Assembly (NCBI GenBank): GCA_964016885.1
Contig: OZ024742.1
Coordinates: forward strand, 221,340,001-221,404,000
Reading direction: 5' to 3'
Length of the DNA stretch: 64,000 nt
DNA from: Eledone cirrhosa
Taxonomy: Eukaryota
Shown here: positions 63,884 through 64,000 of the stretch, in pieces
How the letters are laid out: every line of letters begins with the position of its first letter
How positions within the stretch are numbered: the first letter of the stretch is position 1
Position numbers and translations under genes: made by a program
Notes under the pieces: generated by a model
What the model was told of the DNA's origin: nothing
Databases searched by the model: none
What the model saw: the letters and a program-made list of their open reading frames with translations, nothing else

Positions 63884-64000
63884 TACCTCAGGAATATAGA
63901 TATATACACCTCAGACACAATAATTCTATATACACCTCAGGAATATAGATATATACACCTCAGGAAAATAGATATATACACCTCAGACACAATAATTCTA
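63884..64000. repeat. Continuation of the 26/23-bp minisatellite after the LINE insertion
   Basis: Same units resume directly after the (GAT)n tail. Confidence 0.95.

Overview
Eukaryotic, AT-rich, repeat-dense genomic DNA, most likely an octopus (coleoid cephalopod), inferred from the SINE/RTE repeat complement. One host gene dominates the window: WASHC5 (strumpellin, WASH complex subunit 5) on the minus strand. I resolved 24 coding exons from 58009 down to the TGA at 5451, all with GT-AG boundaries and compatible phases (about 993 codons); the 5' exons lie beyond the right edge. Introns and flanks hold two nearly full-length RTE-clade LINEs with a C4HC3 PHD-type finger inserted C-terminal to the RT core, a young truncated RTE copy, CR1-like fragments, two tRNA-headed SINE families, TTAA- and TA-type MITEs, a 9.6-kb 56/54-bp satellite and three minisatellites. 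The most unusual features are: a 55-bp minisatellite that multiplies a WASHC5 intron/exon junction about 30 times (acceptor + 12 nt + GT per unit); the PHD-bearing RTE proteins; an RTE family with a SINE-like module as its 3' UTR; and long intronic inverted repeats. No prokaryotic-type system, CRISPR array or RNA gene is supported.
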